A stretch of 64,000 nucleotides of DNA from Fidelibacterota bacterium (lineage in GTDB: Bacteria > Fidelibacterota > UBA2242): assembly GCA_049975265.1 (NCBI GenBank), contig JBNGDF010000003.1, positions 1 to 64,000 of the forward strand. Reading direction: 5' to 3'. A model generated the notes under the pieces. The model was not told where the DNA came from. It saw only the letters and a program-made list of their open reading frames with translations, and searched no databases. Positions 47,660 through 58,048 of this stretch are shown piece by piece. A program made the translations under genes and the position numbers. Numbering within the stretch: position 1 is the first letter of the stretch; each line of letters starts with the position of its first letter.

Positions 47660-48184
47660 ATGGTTCGAATTATTTCCGGTAAATTCAAGGGTCATCTACT
47701 CAAAACCAATCAACACCCATTCTTACGACCAACCAGTGATCGGGTCAAGGAGGCGCTTTTTTCCATTCTGGGTAATATCGAAAATATGCGGGTTATCGAT
47801 CTGTATGCCGGTTGCGGGAATCTTGGATTTGAGGCGATTTCCCGGGGTGCCGGGGCATGTGTCATGGTCGAGAAAAATCCACAGCAGATCCGGTTGATTA
47901 AAGAAAATACAAACCGTCTCGGATTAAGGGAGAAGATCGAAATTGTCAAAGCCGATGTTCTGCGTTTTTTAGATGATCCGCCTCAGGCGGACCTGGTTTT
48001 GGCTGATCCGCCGTACCGGTATAGATTTTTTGACAGGTTGCTGAATTTGCTTACTGAAAAATTCAAACCGGCGACGATTGCCCTCGAAGCAGGCAAAGAT
48101 CTTACCATTCCCGAACATGTTAATAATACCGTTGTATCACACCGCCTCATGGGTGAAACCAGTCTCACGATTATGAAGGTGTAA
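47660..48184 (+). CDS. rsmD: 16S rRNA (guanine966-N2)-methyltransferase
   Basis: RIISG..KG, RPTSDRVKEALF, DLYAG.G.LG.EA.SRGA, DPPY. Confidence 0.93.
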   Translation: MVRIISGKFKGHLLKTNQHPFLRPTSDRVKEALFSILGNIENMRVIDLYAGCGNLGFEAISRGAGACVMVEKNPQQIRLIKENTNRLGLREKIEIVKADVLRFLDDPPQADLVLADPPYRYRFFDRLLNLLTEKFKPATIALEAGKDLTIPEHVNNTVVSHRLMGETSLTIMKV

Positions 48185-48670
48185 ATGAAAATTGCAATTT
48201 ATCCCGGTACCTTTGATCCTGTTACCAATGGTCATCTCGATATTCTCGAGCGCGCTGCATCGGTGTTTGAGATGGTCTATATTGCTGTGGCTCATAATGT
48301 CCACAAAAATCCGCTTTTCAGCACGGCGGAGCGAATCGAGATGGTCCGGCGCTGCACTACACAATATCAGAACGTGAAAATCGATCAATTCAGAGGATTG
48401 GCGGTGGATTTTGCGCAAAAAGTCGGGGCGTCGGTGATTATCCGGGGATTACGAGCCATTTCCGATTTTGATTACGAATTTCAGATGGCGCTGATGAATC
48501 GTCATATGAATGACAATATTGATTCCGTCTTCTTTATGCCCCATGAAGATTATACCTATCTGAGCTCCAGCACGGTACGGGAAATCGTTCGGTTTGGTGG
48601 CAATGTCAGTGCCTTTGTACCGGAGTATGTAGAACATGAATTGATCAGAAAACTAAGGAGTAACCCATGA
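48185..48670 (+). CDS. coaD: Phosphopantetheine adenylyltransferase
   Basis: [30 protein letters not shown]. Confidence 0.97.
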   Translation: MKIAIYPGTFDPVTNGHLDILERAASVFEMVYIAVAHNVHKNPLFSTAERIEMVRRCTTQYQNVKIDQFRGLAVDFAQKVGASVIIRGLRAISDFDYEFQMALMNRHMNDNIDSVFFMPHEDYTYLSSSTVREIVRFGGNVSAFVPEYVEHELIRKLRSNP

Positions 48671-49644
48671 AACTGTTGGCGAATATCCAGGCTCAGGCGA
48701 AGAAAAAAAATAGACGTATTGTCCTCCCCGAAGCCCATGATGAACGGGTATTGAAAGCGGCGGCGATTCTAATTGCCGAAAAAATAGCCGCGGTGACATT
48801 AATTGGTGATGAAGCCAATATTAAAAAACAGGCTGAAAACCTGGACATAGCTTTGTCGGGGGTTGAAATCATTCACCCGGAATCGTCGGACCATTTATCG
48901 GAATTCGCCGAAAAATATTATGAAAAGCGGAAGCATAAGGGCGTTACTCTTGAACAAGCCCGCAAGATGATCCTGAATCCAACCTTTTTCGCGGCGATGC
49001 TGGTGGAAATGGAACACGCCGATGGCTGTGTGTCCGGAGCGGATACGACCACCGGCGATGTGCTCCGCGCTGCGCTGCATATTATTGGTACGCACCCGGA
49101 TACGCCCACGGTTTCCAGCGACTTCTTTATGATTTCACCGGATGAGAAGCAGGTCTGGAGCTTTGCCGATTGTGCCGTTCTGCCGGAACCGACGGCTGAA
49201 CAGCTGGCGGATATTGCCATTGCCACTGCCGAAACCCACCGGAATGTGATCCAGGAAGAGCCCCGAATCGCAATGCTCTCTTTCTCCACAAAAGGCAGCG
49301 CCCGACACCCTCTGGTGGATAAGGTGATCCGGGCGACGGAACTGGTACGGCAGAGAAGGTCTGATCTCCTGATTGACGGTGAATTGCAGCTGGATGCCGC
49401 AATTGTGCCCGAAGTTGGAGCGAAGAAAGCTCCCGCCAGCCCGGTAGCGGGGAAGGCGAATGTGCTGATTTTTCCGGATCTTCAGTCCGGGAATATCGGC
49501 TACAAACTTACCCAGCGTATTGGGGGTTGCGCAGCGGTGGGACCGATTATCCAGGGATTAAGAAAGCCGATGAACGACCTTTCCCGGGGCTGCAGCGTCG
49601 CTGACATTGTCAATGTTGCCGCGATTTTATGTAACCTGAATTAA
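48667..49644 (+). CDS. pta: Phosphate acetyltransferase
   Basis: IVLPE..D.R, ADCA, AMLSFST.GS, DGELQ.DAA, N..IFP.L..GNIGYK, QGL.KP.NDLSRG. Confidence 0.95.
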   Translation: MKLLANIQAQAKKKNRRIVLPEAHDERVLKAAAILIAEKIAAVTLIGDEANIKKQAENLDIALSGVEIIHPESSDHLSEFAEKYYEKRKHKGVTLEQARKMILNPTFFAAMLVEMEHADGCVSGADTTTGDVLRAALHIIGTHPDTPTVSSDFFMISPDEKQVWSFADCAVLPEPTAEQLADIAIATAETHRNVIQEEPRIAMLSFSTKGSARHPLVDKVIRATELVRQRRSDLLIDGELQLDAAIVPEVGAKKAPASPVAGKANVLIFPDLQSGNIGYKLTQRIGGCAAVGPIIQGLRKPMNDLSRGCSVADIVNVAAILCNLN

Positions 49645-49658
49645 ACCGGATTTGTGCC

Positions 49659-49940
49659 ATGCCAACCTACGAGTACAAGTGTGAAAATTGTGGTTTTGAA
49701 TTTGAACATTTCCAGAGCATCAGCTCCGAGCCGATCCTGGTCTGCCCGAAATGCCGGCAGGAGACAGTAATGCGCAAGATCAGTGGCGGCACCGGTCTGA
49801 TATTCAAAGGCTCCGGTTTTTACATTACCGATTATGTCAATAAAAAAACCGGACCGAAAGAGAGTTCGCCAAAGCCAAAAGGTACTCCTCCGGCAGCGGC
49901 GAAAGAGCCCGCAAAGAAGGCTGCGGACATCGGAAAATAG
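49659..49940 (+). CDS. FmdB-family zinc-ribbon protein
   Basis: MPTYEYKCENCG...CPKC...FKGSGFY.TDY. Confidence 0.9.
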   Translation: MPTYEYKCENCGFEFEHFQSISSEPILVCPKCRQETVMRKISGGTGLIFKGSGFYITDYVNKKTGPKESSPKPKGTPPAAAKEPAKKAADIGK

Positions 49941-50004
49941 TAATTACCGGTAAATCAAATGCTCCAAAACAGCCGTTCAGAGCGTCTTTTGTCGCAAGGT
50001 TTGT

Positions 50005-50265
50005 CTATTTTTCAGAAGATTTTTCGGTGGGATTCTTTTTCCTGAGCAATATTGCTGCAGGGACAATGATCAGGTATCCAATCAACAGGATAATCGGTGC
50101 CAGCGTCAACGCGCGGAACGAGTAGGTATCGCCGCTTGCCATGATAAAATATCCGATAATGATCGTCAAAATTCCGATTCCGAAGATGATAAAATTTCTG
50201 CCCGTCAGCGTGGATTCACTGATAAATGGGTCCTGTTTCCTGATGGCTTTTTTTACCTTTGGCAT
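50005..50265 (-). CDS. Small 2-TM membrane protein (DUF3098-like)
   Basis: NF.....G...I..GY..M.......LAP..L..GY....AI. Confidence 0.75.
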   Translation of the reverse strand: MPKVKKAIRKQDPFISESTLTGRNFIIFGIGILTIIIGYFIMASGDTYSFRALTLAPIILLIGYLIIVPAAILLRKKNPTEKSSEK

Positions 50266-50375
50266 CGCTCTGTCCTGCTTATTCTTTCATGTTTCAACAT
50301 TCCGGTGAAAATATAGTCATTATATTGCGAACTTGAAACAGTAAAAATTGTTCCCATCATGAAAAGATACGGTTA

Positions 50376-50404
50376 TTGACATCTCTGTCACAATTTTGTA
50401 GTTT
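50376..50404 (+). promoter_or_regulatory. Putative sigma70 promoter of the second amrS, with inverted repeat over the -35 box
   Basis: TTGACA-N17-TAGTTT; TGACA-TCTC-TGTCA at 50377-50390. Confidence 0.55.
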
Positions 50405-50431
50405 AATCCCATTAGAATTGAGGAGCAATTT

Positions 50432-51433
50432 GTGAAAGAGGCGTTGTGGTGGAAAACAGTTGATCAGCAGATTCAGTGCGGACTATGTCCACACCGGTGC
50501 AGGATTGCGAATAATCATTACGGGCTCTGCAATGTCCGCCAGAACCGAAACGGGTATTTATTCAGTGCTGTTTATGGAAAACCGGTTGCAGTCCATATGG
50601 ATCCCATTGAAAAAAAGCCTTTATATCATTTTTTCCCGGGTAGGGAGATCCTTTCCATCGGCACGATCGGGTGCAATCTGTTTTGTAAATTTTGTCAAAA
50701 TTGGGACATTGCCCGGGCGAAGCCGGGGAATGTGATGAGCCGCATGATCAGCCCGCAGGCGATTATTGACGCCGCTGTTGGTAATAATTCAATCGGAATT
50801 GCCTTTACGTATAACGAACCGACTGTTTTTGGTGAGTATGTTCTCGATATTGCCCGCTTGGCTCACGAGTCCGGCTTAAAAACGGTCATGGTGACCAACG
50901 GCTATATTACGCGGGAAGCCATCCTCGATATTTATCCCCATATCGATGCCGCCAACGTTGATCTGAAATCGTTCTCTGTCGATTTTTACCGGCGCTACTG
51001 TGGAGGGGAGCTACAGGGAGTGCTGGATGCTATTCTGGCGATAAAAGAGCAGGGCACGTTCCTGGAACTGACGACTCTGATTATTCCCGGTGTAAATGAC
51101 ACTGAATCTGAAAACGAGACGCTGGTCCGTTGGATTTTGGACAATCTGGGCACCGATACACCGCTGCACTTTTCGGCTTTTCACCCCAGTTATAAAATGA
51201 CTCATCTGCCGCGAACACCCAAAGCCACCCTCGACCGGATCCGGAAAAACGCTCTCGATAGCGGACTCCACTATGTTTACGAAGGTAATGTGATGACCGT
51301 CGATGAAGGCGATACATACTGCCGCTCCTGCGGGCGCCTTTTAATCCGGCGGCAGGGTTATCATATAGAGTATCAGAACCTCCGGGGGAATGTCTGTGTC
51401 TGCGGCACCCGGAACGAGATCATTGTGTCCTAA
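50432..51433 (+). CDS. amrS: AmmeMemoRadiSam radical SAM enzyme, second copy, no signal peptide
   Basis: CGLCPHRC, DPIEKKPLYHF.PG, CNLFCKFC, YNEP, AFHP.Y; GTG start with GAGGAG SD. Confidence 0.92.
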   Translation: MKEALWWKTVDQQIQCGLCPHRCRIANNHYGLCNVRQNRNGYLFSAVYGKPVAVHMDPIEKKPLYHFFPGREILSIGTIGCNLFCKFCQNWDIARAKPGNVMSRMISPQAIIDAAVGNNSIGIAFTYNEPTVFGEYVLDIARLAHESGLKTVMVTNGYITREAILDIYPHIDAANVDLKSFSVDFYRRYCGGELQGVLDAILAIKEQGTFLELTTLIIPGVNDTESENETLVRWILDNLGTDTPLHFSAFHPSYKMTHLPRTPKATLDRIRKNALDSGLHYVYEGNVMTVDEGDTYCRSCGRLLIRRQGYHIEYQNLRGNVCVCGTRNEIIVS

Positions 51434-51465
51434 TATTTTCAGTATGATTCAAGAGAGGAGGAATA

Positions 51466-51651
51466 ATGCTGACCCGATTAAGTGTAGAAGTTGACCGTGA
51501 CGAACTGCTGGAATTCAAGCAGGTACTTGAAAAAATGACGTCCAGCCAGCCGAGTGTGGAAATTAAGCTCAATTCCACAATTCGCGGTATCTGCCGCTTG
51601 ATTCTGAAAGATATTGACAAGTGGGAAACATTTAAAAGCGACAAATGGTAA
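51466..51651 (+). CDS. Hypothetical small protein
   Basis: Strong GAGGAGG SD; fills the intergenic gap. Confidence 0.55.
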   Translation: MLTRLSVEVDRDELLEFKQVLEKMTSSQPSVEIKLNSTIRGICRLILKDIDKWETFKSDKW

Positions 51652-51730
51652 AAAGCCTGTCAAAAAACATTGATAATTAAAATGAGTTTTGTAAATTCGA
51701 TAATGGTATTTTTATGAGGATAATTAAGGA

Positions 51731-52021
51731 ATGGCTGACGATCTGAAAATTGATTTTGGCAGCACCGAAAGCTGTCAGACCTACCTGATGTCGAAGTTCG
51801 ATGATCTTTTGACCGGCATTAATCATTTGTATGGTAAAGCCTTGATGAACGAATTGATTCTGCGTCTGGAAAAGACCATCGCTCAGTTTCATCAGGACCT
51901 CAAATCTCTGCTGGCGGACATTCAAAGTCCTGAATCTGGGCAGTCTCTGCAGACAGACGCTGCCGGGGTTTCCGATTCGCCGGTAGAAACAAATCCACAG
52001 AATCAGCCGCCGACGAATTAG
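51731..52021 (+). CDS. Hypothetical helical protein
   Basis: TAAGGA SD; helical N-region with low-complexity tail. Confidence 0.65.
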   Translation: MADDLKIDFGSTESCQTYLMSKFDDLLTGINHLYGKALMNELILRLEKTIAQFHQDLKSLLADIQSPESGQSLQTDAAGVSDSPVETNPQNQPPTN

Positions 52022-52072
52022 AAAAATTCTGGAATATGTGATACTATCGAATTGTAAATATGGGAGTAGTTA

Positions 52073-52582
52073 ATGAAAGAACTGATTAAAACGATTGTTT
52101 TGGTTCTGCTTGTGGTCGTTGCCGTCTATTTCACCTTTGTTGTCAACAAAGTAAATGACCGAATGGACCAGCTGAATGTCGCCGATTCATTGCATGTAAT
52201 GGAAATCGAGCGCTTCGATCACACCGTCCATGATCTGGAATTACGCTTTCAGGGACGGGGCAAACACATTCAGCAGTTTCAGGCGCGGCAGGATGAGTTT
52301 GAGGAGAAATTGGACGAGACCGTTCGCAGGTTTGATGTCAAAGTCGATTCTCTGGGATTATTGATTCAGGAATTGCGGATGAATACCGAGAGCGAACTGG
52401 CGAATCTTCGTCGGAGTCATGAAGAGCTGGGTGACAGGCTCAGCCAGTTTCAACGCCAGACCAGCCGGACTCTTACCGATCTTCAGACCGCTGCCAGTCG
52501 TATAAACCGCGAATTGGGCGATCTCGAAAAACGGGTCAAGACTCTGGAAACTCCGCCTGAAAAAGACGATAAAAAAAGGTAA
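52073..52582 (+). CDS. Membrane-anchored coiled-coil protein
   Basis: N-terminal TM, long heptad repeats; GGAG SD. Confidence 0.8.
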   Translation: MKELIKTIVLVLLVVVAVYFTFVVNKVNDRMDQLNVADSLHVMEIERFDHTVHDLELRFQGRGKHIQQFQARQDEFEEKLDETVRRFDVKVDSLGLLIQELRMNTESELANLRRSHEELGDRLSQFQRQTSRTLTDLQTAASRINRELGDLEKRVKTLETPPEKDDKKR

Positions 52583-52600
52583 TCATTGACATTCGAATAT

Positions 52601-52635
52601 AAAGCATCCGGCAGCGTGTCTGTGTCGGGTGCTTT
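52601..52635 (+). terminator. Intergenic stem-loop/terminator
   Basis: AAAGCATCCGGCA...TGTCGGGTGCTTT (13-bp stem with G-U pairs). Confidence 0.55.
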
Positions 52636-52654
52636 CATCTTTGGAGGGTGAGGG

Positions 52655-53938
52655 ATGAAGCGCTTTACCATTTTCATAATTGCGAGTATGTACCTGCTGG
52701 GTTGCGGCGGCGGAAGAGAGGTCATTTCCGATTCTTCAGATCAGGAAGAAGCCATCGCCCGCTCCCTGATTCAGCAGGACGGTGCGCGACCGGACATTGA
52801 TCCTGAAGCGCTCAATCCCAAAGTACCGCCGCAAAAAATCATTTCTTCCTCTCAGGATGCACCCGCTGTAGCGGTGGTAAAAGAAAAAAAGGTTCAGCCA
52901 GCCGCTGCCAATCAGGATACACTGTCAGCGGCAGCGTTGCAGACCGTCAAGGAAACCGCATCGCTCGATACGATAAGCACTACTACACCGGATACGGTTC
53001 AGGTGGTCAAAGATACAGTGGCAGCACCCGTGGTGAAGGTCGTCAAAGCGTCGACGGCACCGTCTCAGGAGAAGGCATCGGCGGGCGGTATACTGCTCCC
53101 AAATCTGACATTTGACGATATCTATTTCGAAGAAAAATCCGCCATGCCCAGTTCAGCTTTTAATTCCAATTATTATGTGACCATCGGGAAAATTGTTAAA
53201 GCGCTGCGCAGCGATCCAGTGGTGAAAGTCCGGATATCCGGTCATTCTGATTACGAGGGGAATGAGCAGCTGAATTATGAATTGTCGGAAAAAAGAGCGA
53301 CAACGTTTGCCAAAATTTTGGTAGACCTCTTTCCGGTAGAGATGCAGACCGACATCGCCCGGCGCATCGAAATCAGTCCCGAATCTACCCGGGACCTTCT
53401 GGTAGAAACCGACAATAAGGCTCGACGGGCATTGAACCGGCGGGTCTCTTTCGAACTGTTTTATGGCGAGCTGCAGCACAATCCTTACGCTGTCTACATG
53501 AGACCGCCGACGAAAACGGCTGCCGCGCCGGCTCCCCGGTCCGGTAAACCTTCCAGCTCTATTCAGCAGAAATTGTATGATAAAGCCATGCTGTTGTTCA
53601 ATCAGAAACGATACAATGAAGCGATTGATATCTTTGAGGAAATTCTGGTCATCGATTCTTGCCATTCACTGGCAGACAATGCACATTTCTGGATGGGGGA
53701 GGCGCATTACTACCAGGGACGTTACCATGAAGCACTGGCTGAATATTATAAAGTGTTCGGCGCCGGCGATGGCAACAAAGAGGCAGCGGCGCAGATGCGG
53801 CTTGGCTACTGCTATTTTCGTCTGAACCAGTTGGATCGAGCTGTCACTGAATTCCGGAAAGTGATCGAAAATTACCCGGACGCCTCAGAAGAAATCCGCC
53901 GTTCAAATCTGGTGTTGTCCAAAATTAGAAATTACTAA
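52655..53938 (+). CDS. Lipoprotein with OmpA-like peptidoglycan-binding domain and C-terminal CpoB/YbgF-like TPR domain
   Basis: Lipobox LLGC; I.GHSD..G....NY.LS..RA, NRRV; LY..A......Y..A...F, ADNA.FW.GE. Confidence 0.82.
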   Translation: MKRFTIFIIASMYLLGCGGGREVISDSSDQEEAIARSLIQQDGARPDIDPEALNPKVPPQKIISSSQDAPAVAVVKEKKVQPAAANQDTLSAAALQTVKETASLDTISTTTPDTVQVVKDTVAAPVVKVVKASTAPSQEKASAGGILLPNLTFDDIYFEEKSAMPSSAFNSNYYVTIGKIVKALRSDPVVKVRISGHSDYEGNEQLNYELSEKRATTFAKILVDLFPVEMQTDIARRIEISPESTRDLLVETDNKARRALNRRVSFELFYGELQHNPYAVYMRPPTKTAAAPAPRSGKPSSSIQQKLYDKAMLLFNQKRYNEAIDIFEEILVIDSCHSLADNAHFWMGEAHYYQGRYHEALAEYYKVFGAGDGNKEAAAQMRLGYCYFRLNQLDRAVTEFRKVIENYPDASEEIRRSNLVLSKIRNY

Positions 53939-53952
53939 TTACAGCCCATATT

Positions 53953-53993
53953 CCGGCAGCTTTATTTATGTTTTATGTTTTAAAATCTGCCGG
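53953..53993. terminator. Inverted repeat between convergent genes (possible terminator)
   Basis: CCGGCAG...CTGCCGG with AT-rich interior. Confidence 0.4.
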
Positions 53994-54043
53994 TCTATTT
54001 TACATTGGTGATATGGAATTCAGAGATGTAGATAATGAATATG

Positions 54044-54128
54044 TGCCGAGGGGGGGAATCGAACCCCCATGGTTCCAAGAACCGGCGGATTTTGAGTCCG
54101 CTGCGTCTACCAGTTTCACCACCTCGGC
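54044..54128 (-). tRNA. tRNA-Leu (anticodon CAA)
   Basis: GCCGAGG acceptor stem, TGGTGAAACTGGTAGAC D arm, GCGGA-CT-CAA-AA-TCCGC anticodon arm, long variable arm, GGTTCGATTCC; 3' CCA not encoded. Confidence 0.96.
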
Positions 54129-54193
54129 AAAAAGCAGGCTAAAATTAATGGTTATCACTTGAAAAACAAAAATAAAATGTGGGGGATAGGATA

Positions 54194-56008
54194 ATGGAAA
54201 AAAATTCGTTTGATACGATTACGGAGATGTTTATTTCGGTTACCAGTAAGTATGCGGATAAAGTCGCTTATGGGTATAAGGATGAGAATGAGTGGAAAAC
54301 CTTGACGTTCAGGGAAGTTCGTTCGCAGGTGGAGAAAATGACGGGGGGGTTGAAAGCTTTGGGTGTGAAACCCGATGACCATATCGGCATTGTTGCCCAG
54401 AACAGCCACCTGTGGGCAATGTCTGATTATGCTACGATGTGTGCCCGAACGGCACTTGTGACGATTTATCCCACTCTGACCACAAAACAGGTCAAGTGGA
54501 TAGCGCAACATGCCGAATGCCGGTTTATCTTTGCCGGAGATCAGGAGCAGACCGAAAAGGTGCTCTCGTTTCTCCATGAAGTCAAAAGAATTGAGAAAGT
54601 CATTGTGCTGGATAACAGCACCTTCGACGATGAGAATGTCATTACCCTGGAGGCGCTACTCGAGCTGGGTGAACAGTACAATGCCGGGCACCCTGCTGAA
54701 TTTGAGAAGGATGCCATGTCCATTCACAAAGAAGATATTCTGACTTTAATTTATACTTCGGGCACCACCGGAGAACCAAAGGGAGTCATGCTGACCCACG
54801 GCAATCTGGCCTCTAACATTCTCGGCAGTCTGCAGGTTCTTACCGTGGATGAGAGTGATATATTTCTGTCTTTTCTGCCCTTGAGTCACAGTTTTGAACG
54901 GATGGCGGGGCATTTTCTGGCGACATCGAAAGGTGCCGCTATTTACTACGCCGAAAGTATTAACACCGTCGCCGACAACATGCAGGAGGTGCATCCGACC
55001 CTGATGACCGCCGTTCCCCGTTTTTATGAAAAAGTATACGGAAAGGTAATTGATAGTATCTCTGCAGGTTCCGTAGTCAAGCAGAAGATATTCTGGTGGG
55101 CGATTAACAGAGGGCGCAAAGCTGTCCATAAAAGAGCCGCCGATAAGACAGTGGGACCACTATTGGAAAGTGAATTGAAACTGGCTCATAAACTGGTCTT
55201 TTATAAATTGCATGAACGCATCGGTGGACGGTTGCGCTTTTTCGTTTCTGGCGGTGCGCCTTTGTCGAAAGAGGTCGGTGAATTTTTCAGTGCCGCCGGC
55301 ATAAAAATCCTGGAGGGGTACGGATTGTCGGAAACTTCGCCGGTGATATCAGTGAATCCCCTTGAAAAACCCAAAATCGGGACGGTGGGACCGCCGATTC
55401 CCGGTGTCGAAGTCAAGATTGCCGAAGATGGCGAAATTCTGACCCGTGGTCCCCATGTCATGAAAGGATATTTTAAAAATGACGATGCCACAGCCGAAGT
55501 ACTCGATAAGGATGGCTGGTTTTATACCGGTGACATTGGTCTGTTCGACGAAGACGGCTACCTGGTGATTACTGATCGCAAGAAAAACCTGATCGTCACA
55601 TCCGGTGGTAAAAATGTAGCGCCCCAGCCGATGGAAAATGTGTTGGTGACATCAAAGTGGATAGAGCAGATATTGGCATTGGGTGATAAACAAAAATTCG
55701 TCTCGGCACTGATTGTGCCGTCTTTTCCGAATCTGGAAGCCTGGGCTAAGGAAAAGGGGCTCCGGTTTGAGAGCCGGGAAGAGCTGATCAAATTGCCAGA
55801 GGTTAAGGCTCTCTATGATCGGGTGATCGATGAGTCGATGGAAGGATTTGTGCAGTTTGAAAAAATTAAAAAATATATTCTGCTGGCGCATGAATTTACA
55901 ATTGAGAGTGGCGAACTGACACCCTCTTTGAAGATTCGCCGCAACATAGTCGTTCAACGGTACCGTGAAATAATCGAAAAATTATATTCTGAGGTTGATG
56001 AACAGTGA
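54194..56008 (+). CDS. fadD: Long-chain fatty acid--CoA ligase (AMP-dependent)
   Basis: IYTSGTTGEPKG, LPLSH.FER, SGGAPL, EGYGLSETSP, TGDIG, DRKK.LI.TSGGKN.AP. Confidence 0.92.
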   Translation: MEKNSFDTITEMFISVTSKYADKVAYGYKDENEWKTLTFREVRSQVEKMTGGLKALGVKPDDHIGIVAQNSHLWAMSDYATMCARTALVTIYPTLTTKQVKWIAQHAECRFIFAGDQEQTEKVLSFLHEVKRIEKVIVLDNSTFDDENVITLEALLELGEQYNAGHPAEFEKDAMSIHKEDILTLIYTSGTTGEPKGVMLTHGNLASNILGSLQVLTVDESDIFLSFLPLSHSFERMAGHFLATSKGAAIYYAESINTVADNMQEVHPTLMTAVPRFYEKVYGKVIDSISAGSVVKQKIFWWAINRGRKAVHKRAADKTVGPLLESELKLAHKLVFYKLHERIGGRLRFFVSGGAPLSKEVGEFFSAAGIKILEGYGLSETSPVISVNPLEKPKIGTVGPPIPGVEVKIAEDGEILTRGPHVMKGYFKNDDATAEVLDKDGWFYTGDIGLFDEDGYLVITDRKKNLIVTSGGKNVAPQPMENVLVTSKWIEQILALGDKQKFVSALIVPSFPNLEAWAKEKGLRFESREELIKLPEVKALYDRVIDESMEGFVQFEKIKKYILLAHEFTIESGELTPSLKIRRNIVVQRYREIIEKLYSEVDEQ

Positions 56009-56997
56009 AAAGCAGTTACAAAGAATCGGGTGTTGATATCCAGGCTGGTCGCGACGCCGTATCGCATATCAAGGGATTGGTCAGAGAAACATATGACGAG
56101 AATGTATTAACGGATATCGGTTCTTTCGGTGGTTGTTATCAATTGCCCGTAGCGCGTTATCCTCAGCCGGTTCTGGTGTCCAGTACCGACGGTGTCGGAA
56201 CGAAGCTGATGGTTGCCAATCTGATGGAACGCTACGACTCGGTGGGTCAGTGCCTCGTAAACCACTGTGTTAACGACATTTTGACTACGGGTGCCAGACC
56301 GCTGTTTTTTCTGGACTATATCGGTCTGGCAAAGATGGAACCGCCCAAGGTCGCACAGATTGTTACCGGGCTGGCGAAAGCCTGCCGGGAAAACCGTTGC
56401 GCCCTGATTGGCGGCGAAATGGCGGAGATGCCGGGAATTTACCGGGGAAAAGATTTTGATCTGGTGGGCACGATTACCGGCATTGTGGAAAAAGAGCAGC
56501 TTCTGCCGCGCCAGATTCAAAGGGGTGATCTGTTAATCGGATTGAGATCCAGCGGTTTGCATACAAACGGCTATTCGCTGGCGCGGGCGGTCCTTTTCAA
56601 AAAGCATAAGGCAACCGATTTCGTTGCAGCCCTGGACGATGTTCTGGGCGATGTTCTGTTACGGGTGCATCGTTCTTATTTTCCAATTGTGGAAAACCTG
56701 CTGACCGACCGGAATCTGCACGGGATCAGTCATATTACCGGCGGAGGAATTGAGGGAAATACCATTCGGATTGTTCCAGAAGGTCTGCATCTTTCGATTG
56801 ACTGGGACGCCTGGGAGTGGTTGCCGGTGTTTCGGTATATTCAGCAACTGGGTGATGTCGAGACGGAGGAGATGCGCGAGGTTTTCAACCTTGGGATCGG
56901 ACTGATTTTAATTGTGGCTGCGAAGGCGCGCGAAAAATTTATCACGACACTCAGAAGAAAGGGCGAAGAACCGGTTGTCATCGGCCGGATTGATTAG
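56005..56997 (+). CDS. purM: Phosphoribosylformylglycinamidine cyclo-ligase (AIR synthetase)
   Basis: Y..SGVDI, STDGVGTK, VND, GA.PLFFLDY, GGE.AEMP, SSGLH.NGYSL, HITGGG, FN.G.G. Confidence 0.96.
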   Translation: MKSSYKESGVDIQAGRDAVSHIKGLVRETYDENVLTDIGSFGGCYQLPVARYPQPVLVSSTDGVGTKLMVANLMERYDSVGQCLVNHCVNDILTTGARPLFFLDYIGLAKMEPPKVAQIVTGLAKACRENRCALIGGEMAEMPGIYRGKDFDLVGTITGIVEKEQLLPRQIQRGDLLIGLRSSGLHTNGYSLARAVLFKKHKATDFVAALDDVLGDVLLRVHRSYFPIVENLLTDRNLHGISHITGGGIEGNTIRIVPEGLHLSIDWDAWEWLPVFRYIQQLGDVETEEMREVFNLGIGLILIVAAKAREKFITTLRRKGEEPVVIGRID

Positions 56998-57016
56998 AGC
57001 AGAAAACCTGCCAAGG

Positions 57017-58048
57017 ATGAGTTCACATCGGAAATGGGTAAAAATTGCAGTTTTGGGTGCGGGCAGCTGGGGTACCACCGTTGCGATTCACCTGCATAAA
57101 TTGAATCACGCAGTGGCGCTGTGGGAATATTATCCTGAGAATGTTGCCTTCATGAATAAAACGCGGCGGAACCCGCTGTTGGAAGGAATTCCGATTCCCG
57201 CGGCTATTCCCATCTCCAACAATCTCCGGGATACGGTGAACCATTCAACCCACGTCGTTATTGCAGTGCCATCGCATACCATGCGCAGCCTGCTTATAAA
57301 TCTGAAAGAGCTGATTGACAAAGATACAATCGTGGTTAATCTTTCCAAGGGAATCGAACAGGATAGTCTGTTTCGGATGAGTGCGTTAATTCAGTATATT
57401 CTGAATCATCCGGTCGGTAAAATCGTGACCCTGAGCGGACCCAGCCATGCTGAAGAGGTTGCCCGCGAGATTCCCACGGCGATTGTGGCGGCAGCGGTGG
57501 ATATTGACAGCGCCCGCCGGGTTCAGAATCTTTTCAATTCCCACTATCTGCGGGTCTATACCAGTACGGATATCGTTGGCGTAGAATTGGGTGGTTCGTT
57601 GAAAAATGTCATCGCCATTGCCTCGGGAATATGCGACGGGCTGGGGCTGGGCGATAATTCCAAAGCGGCTCTGATTACCCGGGGCTTGATGGAGATCATC
57701 CGTATGGGGCTCTATCTGGGTGCTGAGGAAGCAACCTTTGCCGGTCTCAGTGGTGTAGGTGATCTGATTGTAACCTGCGGCAGCAAGCATAGTCGCAACA
57801 GATATGTGGGCGAAGAAATCGGAAAAGGCAGACAGTTGAATGATATTTTGAATGGAATGAGTATGGTGGCGGAGGGTGTCCAAACCTGCCGGACCGTGCA
57901 GCAGATGATCGCAAAATACGGTGTGTTAATGCCCATCTCGGCAGAGATATATAACATCCTGTTTAAGGATAAAGACCCGCGGCGGGCTCTCAATGATTTG
58001 ATGACCCGTGACCCGGTTGACGAGCGGCACTCCATTCCGGGGAATTAA
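57017..58048 (+). CDS. gpsA: NAD(P)H-dependent glycerol-3-phosphate dehydrogenase
   Basis: GAGSWGT, SKGIE, SGPSHAEEV, GG.LKNVIAI, GLSG.GDL..TC.S.HSRN; start trimmed to ATG 57017. Confidence 0.95.
   Translation: MSSHRKWVKIAVLGAGSWGTTVAIHLHKLNHAVALWEYYPENVAFMNKTRRNPLLEGIPIPAAIPISNNLRDTVNHSTHVVIAVPSHTMRSLLINLKELIDKDTIVVNLSKGIEQDSLFRMSALIQYILNHPVGKIVTLSGPSHAEEVAREIPTAIVAAAVDIDSARRVQNLFNSHYLRVYTSTDIVGVELGGSLKNVIAIASGICDGLGLGDNSKAALITRGLMEIIRMGLYLGAEEATFAGLSGVGDLIVTCGSKHSRNRYVGEEIGKGRQLNDILNGMSMVAEGVQTCRTVQQMIAKYGVLMPISAEIYNILFKDKDPRRALNDLMTRDPVDERHSIPGN

Noticed and set aside
53940..54128. tRNA-Leu as an integration site for an island
   Set aside because: No integrase and no duplicated tRNA 3' end seen in the window.
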